A DNA stretch of 62,980 nt, counting the filler, from Bigelowiella natans CCMP2755 (lineage: Eukaryota; Protista; Cercozoa): the NCBI GenBank assembly GCA_000320545.1. It is 6 parts of 6 records of this genome, joined end to end, with 100 filler letters (N's around TTAATTAATTAA, not from the genome) between each part and the next. Parts side by side here need not be neighbours in the genome. Positions count along the whole stretch, not along the records: positions 1 to 28,582 come from ADNK01002392.1; positions 28,683 to 52,077 come from ADNK01002634.1; 4 more parts are not named here. One strand, given 5' to 3'. The notes beneath the pieces are model-generated. The model was not told the DNA's origin and made no database searches. It saw nothing but the letters and a program-made list of their open reading frames with translations. This document shows, piece after piece, positions 25,280 through 37,430 of this stretch; within the stretch, counting starts at the first letter, position 1, and each line of letters begins with the position of its first letter. The position numbers and the translations under genes are program-made.

Positions 25280-26340
25280 CAAAAGACAATGATGGACATG
25301 TAACATCATGCGTGTGCCATGCATGCCATTGCAGAACTTGCACAATGCACGAGCAGGATTTTGCATGACCTGATCAAATGCACATGTTTAGCTGGCGGCA
25401 CATGCAAAAACTCGATGGGACACTGCAAAATTGTGCGATGCACAACTAGACGACATGACATGAAACACATTGACGAAACACGTGCAATGAAGAACCCAAA
25501 TTTGCACATTTCGTTGATGTGAATGAAAATGAATGGATTGATTTTGCCACGCACATGCAGACAACATTTGAGACAACCTCAAAAACATTTTTCAGCCAGC
25601 AGGGGATGCTGATGACAGACATCGTTGCAAACATGATTTGCTGTTCAATGACAGTGACAAAAACATTGTGGACACAGTGATGGCATGCATGGTGTGCACG
25701 TGATGTGCATGCTGCAATGCTTCATTCGTGATCAACGCCATCAACGTTGGCTCAACCGCTCAAACAGCTGGTCATCAGAAAACATGCAAGTGCAGACAAA
25801 GCATTGCACGCATCACAGCAACTCAGCGAAACTGCAAAACAGTCAGGTCATCCAATTTCCATGCATGTCACCCAGTCTAGCAGTGCCTGCAACTCGAGAG
25901 CGGCGCTCACACGCCACGTGCACACGCACATACACACCTAGACACATTGTGCACACACACACGCACACGCATCAGACATGCATGTGCACGCATGCACACA
26001 TCTAGCTAGACATTGTGACATGTCCACACGCGCACGTGGTTAGGTGGGCGCGTGTTCAGCACTGCTAGACTGCTCGCAGAAGCACAGGATCAGCATGCAC
26101 TAGAATGAACTGGACAATTCTGGAATTCTAGAATTGTTGCACAATGAATTGCAATGTTGCGCAAATCGCAGGGTAGCAGGCTAGCAGGTGTCGCAACATC
26201 TGACATGGCGCCGCCCATGATCGAATTGCCTAGCTGTGGAGCTAGTCGTGTCGGCGTGCTTGCAATTTTAGTAGCCGCAACGTTCAATTTGCAACAACGC
26301 ATGAATGCGTGACATGAAATTCAAATTTTGCAACAAAATC
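25280..26340. other. Second strongly TpA-depleted domain
   Basis: Surviving TA is almost all CTAG or NTAG (e.g. 25447, 25878, 26003, 26066, 26129, 26231, 26243). Confidence 0.85.
25325..25630 (+). repeat. Right arm of a diverged ~300-bp inverted repeat (partner 18045-18335)
   Basis: Manual alignment to the reverse complement of 18045-18335, with small indels and many CA/TG swaps. Confidence 0.85.
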
Positions 26341-26573
26341 TCATCATGCATCTTTAGATCTGCCGGAGGTGCATACAAATTCTGGAAGGAGTCGATAAGG
26401 TAAGAGACATGTAATAAGTGAGATGGGTGTGATGGAGAGTACTTCGTTATAACTAACTACAATTCGATATCATCCTCCTCTTTCCCCTCATCGTTGCCTC
26501 CGATTTCATCATCTCGTTCTTCATCTACGACTTCCTCGTGGTTTCGGGCTGCTGTCACCGTTATTTAACACAC

Positions 26574-26625
<52 letters not shown>

Positions 26626-27177
26626 GTGCAGAGAAAGAGAAAGAGAGGGAGAGAGAGAGAGAGAGAGAGAGAGAAATGAAATGTTTATTTTGTACCACAT
26701 AAGTAATATTGCGTGTGTGTGTGCTCGGGAGCGAAGCCATAAAAGCCATCAGTCATCACAACTGTAAGAATATATGTGGTTTGCACCGCCGTTTCTATAG
26801 TAATAGTAGTAAAACTACCTGCTGCTGCTGCTCCTGGTGGTGGGCTACTCATCTCTACTGATGCTGCTGCCGCAGTACCGTCAACACCCTTTTCATCCAC
26901 AACACTCTCGTCGCCTCCAGCAACTACCAATATGATAATAACAAATAAGAATAACAAATAATAATAATATTAATAATAAGAAGAAGAATCATCATTCATC
27001 GTCAGGGTGTACACAGTCTTAATAGGACAGGATGCCTCGAATGAATGAATCCTTGACTTGTTCGTGTATTTGCTGAAATTATCTGACTGTTTCCTTTCCC
27101 ACTACCGCTTTCATTTCTTTCCACACCTCCCGACTGCTCCATAATCCCTGTTGTTATTGCATATTACGTGCGCATTT

Positions 27178-27216
<39 letters not shown>

Positions 27217-27338
27217 TATGCAGCAGCAGCAACAACCCACAGAAGAGAAATATGTTGTTTAAAAACTCATACTCATTCGTTTGATTTTACCTTGTGCACT
27301 TGACTGTCGTCCCACCTGAACAGCATCGTTTATGGAAA

Positions 27339-27408
<70 letters not shown>

Positions 27409-27586
27409 AATATATGAGACAATGTTCGATATTCTGAGGTGAAAATAGCATCAATGCATGATCAAATGAAGCTGTTTACGTTAACAAGGTGGCACTTATT
27501 ACACATAACAGATCTAATATGTATATAATATTGTGTGTTACCATCGTCGTCGTCTTGATTTTCTTTTTTATCACCAGCATCATCAC

Positions 27587-27619
<33 letters not shown>

Positions 27620-27748
27620 GTCTCGCTTACATTGCTGCCGATCGAATCGAAGGCCATTAGGTTACAAACCATGCTAAATCCCGCCAGGCACTAGTACAGC
27701 AGTACCAAGTAGTACACAGTATTTCCATATTAAATAATAAATACAAAC

Positions 27749-27791
<43 letters not shown>

Positions 27792-28582
27792 TTACATGGT
27801 ATGCACATGTAAAAAGATAGGTCGGAAGGAGATACCCACCCTTGCCAACGACGATGATATACATGGTGAAAACCAAAAATGAGAATTTTGGGAAAATGAC
27901 AAGAAATAATCGTGCGGATAAGGGGGGGGGGGGTCATGAGTAGAACACGAGCAGCAAAAATAACAACAACTCGCAAATATTAATTATTGGATACGGAGTG
28001 GAGATGTGAGTGATATTTAATGAGCGACTCCTCCTCACCATGGCTAGGAACATCAACACAAATGCTGTGTGGGGCGAAGAACTGGAGAACTCACCTTGGA
28101 TGATGATGATGATAACACAAAAGCAGATTAGTAACAAATAGCCTTCTTAGCGCCATCATCGTGGTGAATTTGTGATGCATTTATGATCAAAGGTGAGCAT
28201 CTGTTTCTACTGTATCAGCTACCGACTATTATCATTATCATTATCATTATTATCATTATTATTACTTGCTGTACGTGCATCATCCTTATTATCTTTTACT
28301 AATGATCTTAATAATACCGAGAGAAGCCTCGCATCTTCCAAGGAAAACAAGCCATGAGAGAAAGAATAGCACTGCCGTCGTCATACTAACACCGACCTGT
28401 TGTCATCGTCATCATCATTATCATCATCATCATCAGCAGCAGCAGCAGCATTGCCAATGAACTTGTTCCGTGTTTCACATATCATGTTGCCGTCCATTCA
28501 CTGCCCTTCTTCTTGATCTAAGACCCTTCCCCCCGCCCCCGCCCTACCTCTCTCTCTACACGTACTACGTACGTACGTACGT

Positions 28583-28682
28583 NNNNNNNNNNNNNNNNNN
28601 NNNNNNNNNNNNNNNNNNNNNNNNNNTTAATTAATTAANNNNNNNNNNNNNNNNNNNNNNNNNNNNNNNNNNNNNNNNNNNN
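28583..28682. other. Artificial contig spacer N-TTAATTAATTAA-N (also ~52078-52177, ~55686-55785, ~59616-59715, ~60739-60838)
   Basis: The same 12-mer inside N runs, about 100 bp in total, at five places. Confidence 0.97.
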
Positions 28683-28797
28683 GGAAATGCCATCTATCCA
28701 TGCCTCGGTTGACCACTTTCAGCTTCCAGTGAGTGCTAATCTTAGATAAAACAGTTAAAGAATGAGAAGAGGCTCCTTTAGAGCTAGAGCTAGAGAG

Positions 28798-28846
<49 letters not shown>

Positions 28847-29035
28847 GAATAGAACGGTCGGAACGAATTCGTGTAGATCTTTGAGTTTGGCATTACACGG
28901 TTTGTGTACAGGGAGAGGATGTTAGGCGAGCAGCCCAGAGAGCAAAGAGAGGGGCAATCGTCAATGAAATGCATGCGAAAGACAAAATTACTCGCTATCA
29001 TCCCATTTGTATACATTAGTATTTGTGCGTATATT

Positions 29036-29072
<37 letters not shown>

Positions 29073-29246
29073 GTTTGATATATTAATACACACACAACAC
29101 TCTCTCGTAGTTATACGTGTTCCGGAAGCTCGCGAATAGATCGAAGGCAGCAGCAGAGCGTACGCTACACCAACGACTTGCTATGCGAATATATGAAACA
29201 TAAATATCAAAATTAAATGATCACGCGTGCAGTGTGCACGTGTATA

Positions 29247-29288
<42 letters not shown>

Positions 29289-29532
29289 TATGCATATCAG
29301 TATGATATCGTGGAAGTAGATTCCCGCTGCTTACTTCTCTCAGTATGCACGATGATATGATCGCGTGGTTGTGTGTTCTCTCTTTCAGTCGAGAGCCAGA
29401 TTGCCTTCGTGATGTTTAAGACGGCACAAATGCATCACAATTTCGGCGGGTGGGTGCGAGAAAACGACGCGAAATATTTAAATATATATATGAAATATTG
29501 ATATATTCTTTCTATATATTTATATATATATT

Positions 29533-29584
<52 letters not shown>

Positions 29585-29641
29585 AAATTGATTTAGATGA
29601 GCAGTACCCAGAATATTGCCTGCTCGAGTAAATATATAAAT

Positions 29642-29672
<31 letters not shown>

Positions 29673-32600
29673 TAATATTTGCATTTGGATTATATATATA
29701 TATTATTGAAAATATGCTAGAGTTCTATCGATAAATTAAGTTCTAAAGAGAACTGTTGTATTAGTGTTGTGAGATATCTTAAAATAGAATTCTACCCATC
29801 GGCTAGACAAGAATATAATGGGATTTCTACTGAGATATTAAGTGAGATATCCTCACGGGGATATTCGATATATTGCGACTAGATGTTTCTTGTCGTAGAC
29901 TAATAAACATAGGCCGATAACGGCGATTATAGGATAACTAGAGAGAGAGCTACTAGAGAGAGAGGGAGCGTTACAGATAGAAATTAGTAGAGTGATTATC
30001 TTATCATTACTACACTAAGTGGTATTATAATAAGTGTTGTGCTACTAATGACTGTGAAACGCAATAAGTGTTGTGCTACTAATGACTGTGAAACGTGATA
30101 TATTAGCATGTATTATGCTACTAATAAGTTCAGAATAATATAATAACGAGAGTAGAGAGAAACACGGTGATGAGTGAGTCACTATCGGTCCGAATCATTA
30201 GAATTCAAGTGGGACACGTGCTTCTGAGTGTTTATATACTATAGAGACGTGCTAGTGTGTGTGTTTCCGTGCAGTATCAAGAGAGATAGTTTGTAGTTAG
30301 AGAATAGTTAGTTTATAGAATTTCATTAGGTTATGAGCCTCAGCATGCTAGTTACTACTAAGTATTGGAGAACAACTAAGTTGGAAAAGCCAGACGATTG
30401 GGAGAGATTCGTATCGACTCTCATCGATAGTGCGACATTGATGCAGATGCCGAACGCTCTTTTAGCCCCTACAGCCAGCATAATGGGAGGCGACCGGAAG
30501 TACGCGAAATCAGAGAACGGCGAGGAAATGCCGGAGCTCGAGTCAACCAAGGAGCTTAAAGGCGACGCTTATTTGAAAGCAGTTGTCGAGAGTCCCGTGT
30601 TACCGAACCTCCTTCCCAGAGTGGGTGGTACATCCAAAGTTGCCGACCCAGACGCCGTATTGAAGATCAGCGCGGCTGAATGGGAAAAGTATTATGCAAA
30701 CTTACCAAGGGAGGAACTTGAGAAAAGGAGAAATCTCTACTGCCACATCGGACTGGTACTCGGAGACAACTACCTGCAGTTCAAGAGTGGACTTCGCGAT
30801 CCTGCTCTACTGATATGCATACTCAGAAAGCAGATCGAAGGCCCTACGCTGGTGAGACTGTTGAGGCTTAAGAGAAAGCTTGACAGAGAGACTCTGGCTG
30901 ATTACGGAGGCAACGTGGAATCTTACGCGGCTAGTATAGAAAGGACTGCCGCCAAGTTGAATTCTCTAGGAAAAAGAGTTGATGATCAGGACAAATGGCT
31001 TGCCCTGTTATCCGGGATGCCTGACGACGGCATCTATGAGGTTATCATCACGATGATGATAAATGAGAACAAAACGACCTTCAGAGAGGCCGTGGTTAAG
31101 TTATCCGCTCACGAAGCCCGCAAGAAAGATTCTGATGAGCAGTTAGCCGCTCTTAAGAGCTCTGCTCCGAGATCAGGATATCGAAAGAACGGGCGTAGAG
31201 GCGATAGTGATAACAGACGACGTAACGATGATAGGAAGAAGGGTAATGACCCTAAACCTATTTATCGAAAAGGCGTTTATTGTCATTATTGCAAACGCCA
31301 GGGGCACTTTAAACGTGAATGCTACAAGTTCTTAGAAGATAAGAAGAATGGCATTACGGCAGGTGTCAGCGACAGAAGAAATACCAGCGACGACGAGAGC
31401 TTATGGGCATCGGGAATTCGTCAGATGGACGATAACGTCGTGGTTTTCGACAGTGGTTGCACTCGGACGGTGTGTAACGATAAGTCGCTGTTCACCGATC
31501 TTCAGATTAAACCCTGCGGTGACATGTACTTAGCGGATAACAAAGTTAAGTACAAGATAGCGGGCAAGGGTACTATTGTGTTACGTACCAAAGGCGGGGG
31601 AGTACTGAAGGTGAAAGGAGTTGCCTTCATCCCCGAATTTCCCCATAACTATCTGTCTCCGAGGCAACTGAGGAAACAAGGATACAAGATAAAGGCTATC
31701 AACGACGGCGACGACTGGCAGATACTTCGAGACGATGAAGAGATCTGTAGAACGGCCAGAGATATCAGGCCGCACTACGGAATAAAATTATCTAGTTCGA
31801 GAATCTGCAAGGATACCGTGGCGGCGATGAAGAGCTTTAAGAAGGATTCTAGGACCCTGGCACAATGGCATAGAGCATTGAACCATGTGTCAGAAGCGGT
31901 GATAAAAAGAACAGCGAAAGCTGTAAATGGAATGGTTATCACCGACGGAGGAAAATACTCTTGTGAGAGTTGTGATTTGACGAAGCTGAACAAGAGGACT
32001 TTCTCCAAGCAGAAGACGACGACCGCTAAAGACGCCATGGACAGATGGGATGCGGACACCAAGGGCATCCTGAAGAAATCGCGCGACGGCGACAAGTATT
32101 ACCTACTCGTAAAGGATCACGCAACTGATTACATGTACGGCAAAGTCATGAAGAGCAAGAATACTACCGAAGCTATGATGAAGGCCATCGTGGAGTTCCA
32201 GATCAAGACAGGCAAGAAGCTAAAGAATTTGCACACAGACAATGGCAGAGAGTTTATGAGTCACAAGCTACAAGATTTTCTACGGCGGAATGGTACCCAT
32301 CATTCCACAGGAGTCCCAGATGTTCCAGAGCAACAAGGCAAGGTTGAACGCGCACTGCAAACAGTTCATCGAGCAGTGTTATCGACGGTCAAAGAGTCCA
32401 ATCTTCCGAAGGACCTTTGGCATTACGCGTTCAAGAATGTAGTGCAGACATTCGCCTACATTCCGACGACGACTGTTCCAGACAAGACCCCGTATGAGAG
32501 GATGTTCAAGACTAAACCAAGAGTTAATCACCTCCTCCCTTTCGGCTGCATTGGTTACTGCAGAATCCCCGATAGGCTTAGGGAGAGAGGGGGTTTCGGC

Positions 32601-35600
32601 GATAAGGCTAATCGTTGCCGATTCCTATGCTACGATGAGCAGGCTAACAGCTACGTGGTGCTCATTCAAAATGGCAAAAGTGATAAAGTATCGAGGGTAA
32701 CCCACGTGAAATTCTACCCCGATAAGTTCAAGTTTCCAGATCAAGACCAAGATAAAGAACAGAAATCTCTGCTGCTTGACGCAGAGACTTTCCTCCAGTA
32801 TGTTGAAGAGACCCAGACCGACGACGACAGCACGAAGAAAGGCAAAGGCACCGACGACGAAGAGCTTCAAGAACATCATCAAACGGATCCACCAAAAGCA
32901 CCTGGACGACCAAGAGGAAGTAAGAATCGCGACCACAGCGACTTCGCGAAAGATGAGACACCAAGACCACAGAGGAACCGCAAGACAGTAGAGCGGTATG
33001 ATCCAAGTAAAACAGCAGCTATTAGCTGTGACGACGACGATAACGACGACTACGGATGCGAGTATGCAGGAGGACTGCATGGCCTCTGCGCAGGGCTAGT
33101 AATGAGCGATATCCCTGGCATAGGGGAGCCGAAGAACTATCGAGAGGCGAACGCACCAGAGCAATGCGGACGCTGGAAGAAGCCCCAAGAAGAGGAAATC
33201 ATGGCGCTAGAAAAGAACAACACCTGGCGCATAGTCAAGCGACCAGCTAACATCAAGCTGATCACTACTACGTGGGTGTACAAGGAGAAGAGAGGCAAGG
33301 ATGGGAAGGTGTATAGGCTAAAGGCTAGGCTCTGTGCCCGCGGGTTTTCTCAGGAGGGGGTGACGTATTCTGATAGCTTCGCTCCCACCTCGAGAGCAGC
33401 AACGGTACGAGCGATAATCGCCTTCGCGGCGAAACTTGGCTTCCACATTACCCAAGCCGATGTCGACAACGCTTTTCTCCACGGCTTACTGAAAAGGCCG
33501 GAGTACATGGAGATACCTTTGGGGTTACGGCACAAGCACGACCCAGCCCTCTTCTGCTGCGAGCTCATTAAGAGCCTTTATGGATTAAAGGTAGCAGCGA
33601 GGTGTTGGGATTCCGAGCTAGCGAAGTTCATGGATGAACTTGGCTTTGTGAGGTTAGACTCTGATCCGTGTGTGTATGTCTATCACCACGGAGAGGATAT
33701 GATCATCGTGAGTACTCACATCGATGATCTTCTAATAGCCAGCAACAGCCAGAAGCGACGCGATTGGTTCATCGCGGGAGTTGGGTAAGAAGTACGGAGT
33801 CAAAGACGAAGGCGACGCACATTTTCTATTGGGAATAGAGATTGTGCAACGCGATGACTGTTACTTGTTGAAGCAGGGACATTACGTGGACAGGATCCTT
33901 GAGAAGTTCAAAATGGTAGACTGCCACGGAGTGTCTGTACCTCTGTCACCGTCACATCAGATCGATGAGGATAAAGAGGGGGAGGCTGTCGACGACAGGC
34001 TCTACCGATCATTGATAGGGTGTCTAAACTATGTCTCGGTCATGACTAGACCGGACATATCCTATTCGTTGTCCAAGCTGGCGAGGTATGTCGGTAAGGC
34101 GACGATGATGCACTGGAAAGCAGCCAAGCATGTGCTACGTTATCTGAAGCACACCAGGAGCTATGGGCTTCGCTTTCCCAAGGGTGACAACGGGGGTATT
34201 GTACTTTGGGCTGACGCTGACTATGGAGGCTGCATGGATACTCGTAAGTGTACGAGTGGCAACCTCACGGTTTATAACGGTGCGCTTGTGAGTTGGAGAT
34301 CCAAGCGGCAGCCAATCCCAGCTAAGAGCACAGCTGAGGCAGAATATATTTCGTTAGCGGAAGGCATGGAGGAATGTCTATGGCTACGAAACCTACTTGC
34401 AGAGCTTGGTGAAGAGGTGAAGTCTATCCCGGCGAAGGAGGACAACCAAGCTTGCATCCACATTGCCGAAAATCCTAAGGTTACCCAGCGAACTAAGGCG
34501 ATTGACATGCGATATCACTACGCACGTCACTACGTCAAAGATGGGCTGTTCAAGATGGAGTATGTGCAGTCCAAGCTGCAACTTGCAGACGTGCTCACCA
34601 AGGCTGTTACTCAAAGCATCATGGAGCGATTTCGAGATGCTACCTTGGGGGAATAGGATTCGGCGGATGTTTCGACGCTTGTAGCGACTCGCGTCGAGGG
34701 GGAGTATCGAATTCGACGCTCGTAGTGACTTCGCGTCGAGGGGGAGTATTGAAAATATGCTAGAGTTCTATCGATAAATTAAGTTCTAAAGAGAACTGTT
34801 GTATTAGTGTTGTGAGATATCTTAAAATAGAATTCTACCCATCGGCTAGACAAGAATATAATGGGATTTCTACTGAGATATTAAGTGAGATATCCTCACG
34901 GGGATATTCGATATATTGCGACTAGATGTTTCTTGTCGTAGACTAATAAACATAGGCCGATAACGGCGATTATAGGATAACTAGAGAGAGAGCTACTAGA
35001 GAGAGAGGGAGCGTTACAGATAGAAATTAGTAGAGTGATTATCTTATCATTACTACACTAAGTGGTATTATAATAAGTGTTGTGCTACTAATGACTGTGA
35101 AACGCAATAAGTGTTGTGCTACTAATGACTGTGAAACGTGATATATTAGCATGTATTATGCTACTAATAAGTTCAGAATAATATAATAACGAGAGTAGAG
35201 AGAAACACGGTGATGAGTGAGTCACTATCGGTCCGAATCATTAGAATTCAAGTGGGACACGTGCTTCTGAGTGTTTATATACTATAGAGACGTGCTAGTG
35301 TGTGTGTTTCCGTGCAGTATCAAGAGAGATAGTTTGTAGTTAGAGAATAGTTAGTTTATAGAATTTCATTAATATACATATACATATATAATATGTATTG
35401 TTTGTATAAATCGTTAGTTGTAAGTGACAATATTCATTAGAATCGGAGTTATTGGAAAAGAGCCCTTCCATATCGTCTTCCAAAACGCAGCGAATTGGGG
35501 AGATGTGGTCGGTGTTGCGTGATGATTTTTGTCGTAGAACTCATGGTTTCGAATGTACGATATATCGATATTTATGCATGGTAAGTGAAAGCTGAATTTT

Positions 35601-35611
35601 ATTTCATATAA

Positions 35612-35648
<37 letters not shown>

Positions 35649-36141
35649 TATGTTATTATATGTTTGCTATTTGCTTGTAGATTATAGTAAACAATGTATT
35701 GCACTCGATGGGGAGGAAGCGACGGTTAGAGGATTTTCCAAATAAGAACAGGTTAATCACGTGATAGGCACCACAAACATTTTGTCTTCTCGTAACGATG
35801 ACCACGAAACACCTGACTGATGATGATTGCAGTAACTTGTATATGTACGAAATATATAATTTTATGAATCAAGCAATGTGTATATTCTATATATGTATAT
35901 GAATATATTTACATATAATATTTAATTTATATGTTAATGTGTGTGTGTGCGTGCGTGTGTGTGAGTGTGTGTGCGTGTGTGTATTATATATTCATATTGC
36001 AAATCATCTATAGGTCTTTGGCCGATTTCCATTTTAATAGCTTGGCAAGAAGGTTATATTACTTGGCATTTATTAAAGCCTCTCTCTCTCCCTCTCTTGT
36101 TCTCTCTTCATATTTCCATTATATGTGTACACATACATATA

Positions 36142-36178
<37 letters not shown>

Positions 36179-36673
36179 TTGCGCTTGCGCGTTTGTGGTT
36201 TCATAGTAATTTATGCGTGAGTTATGTCCCTCAGTGCGAGTTTTTCAAGCTTCTAGGAATGAAAATTCTCTTCGATATACATGTGCATATAAATAAATAT
36301 AATATATAAATATATATGTGTATACACATATATGTATATGCACATCTATATCTGTACAACTCTACGTCTTTCTACTATCATCCCTCCCACCCCCAACCCC
36401 CCCCCTTCCCAGGTACGAGAAAGATTTCATTGATGTCGCTCTTCCGGAGCTCCGAGGATTGGCGCAGGTTATCATTGGCATGATTCAAATGATGAAAAGG
36501 AAACAAGTGATATAATAATAATAATGCATGATTCGAATGATGAAAAGGAATCAAATGATATCTAATAATGATAATAAGAAACCTGCGCCATTTCCTAGCA
36601 AACGTGCTGAATGAACGATTTGGATAGGTTTTTCTTTAAATGCCTTTCCCCCCCCCCCCCTCTCTCTGTATCT

Positions 36674-36718
<45 letters not shown>

Positions 36719-37095
36719 GTAGCGAGGGAAGCGGGTCATTTGGTGGACGGGTGAGCTCGTAGTTAGTTGTTAGTAAGGATTTTCATCGTTGATACAGAAG
36801 AAAATTGAAAAAGAAGAAGAAGAAGAAGAAGAAGAAGAAGAAGAGGAGGAAGAGGAAGCATCACAAAACCTGTCAGTTGTTGCTTGTATCGTCTGCGGAA
36901 GTATCTGCTCAGAGTCCTCTCTTCTATTCGTGATTGTTTTCTTCGGGGGAAAAAAAACGAAAATCCTGCTCATCTTCGTTTTGCTTTCGTCGCATCCCTC
37001 CTCTAGTGTTGTGTGCGGCGCCGCGCATTGAAATCAAGTCCTCGCCGATGGACAATGCCCTCCGGGGCTCGTTTCTTTCCCGGCAAATGTGCATA

Positions 37096-37137
<42 letters not shown>

Positions 37138-37344
37138 ATATTGACGGGTTTTTGGTGATATATCAGGAAATCGGCCGTCGTTTATAGGAACCCGGCCTCT
37201 TTTGCACGTATTATCGATCATCGATTAATTTCTTTTCATGTATATACAAAACCAAGCCAAAGCCAAGCGTGTGTTGAATCCTAACCCCGCGTATATCTGA
37301 GCGTGTCTTTACTGCGGTGCACTGTCTTCGTGGACAACGATGCG

Positions 37345-37376
<32 letters not shown>

Positions 37377-37385
37377 CCTCTCTCC

Positions 37386-37430
<45 letters not shown>

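Larger units (their letters stand above)
29704..35371 (+). mobile_element. Full-length Ty1/copia LTR retrotransposon (5668 bp)
   Basis: Two 625-bp LTRs, PBS, PPT, and domain order gag-PR-IN-RT-RH; possible ATAT target duplication. Confidence 0.97.

Noticed and set aside
17860-26340. Ordinary CpG-methylation decay, classical RIP, or an alternative genetic code as the explanation of the composition
   Set aside because: C->T processes cannot remove TA, and CpG remains common. The depletion covers non-coding DNA and all frames, so it is not codon usage.
26350-28560. Possible minus-strand exons among microsatellites
   Set aside because: Could not assemble a consistent reading frame or recognise a family, so it is not annotated.
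28583-28682. Repeated TTAATTAATTAA motif between N runs (five places)
   Set aside because: Artificial scaffold spacer; adjacency of contigs across it is not evidence of linkage.
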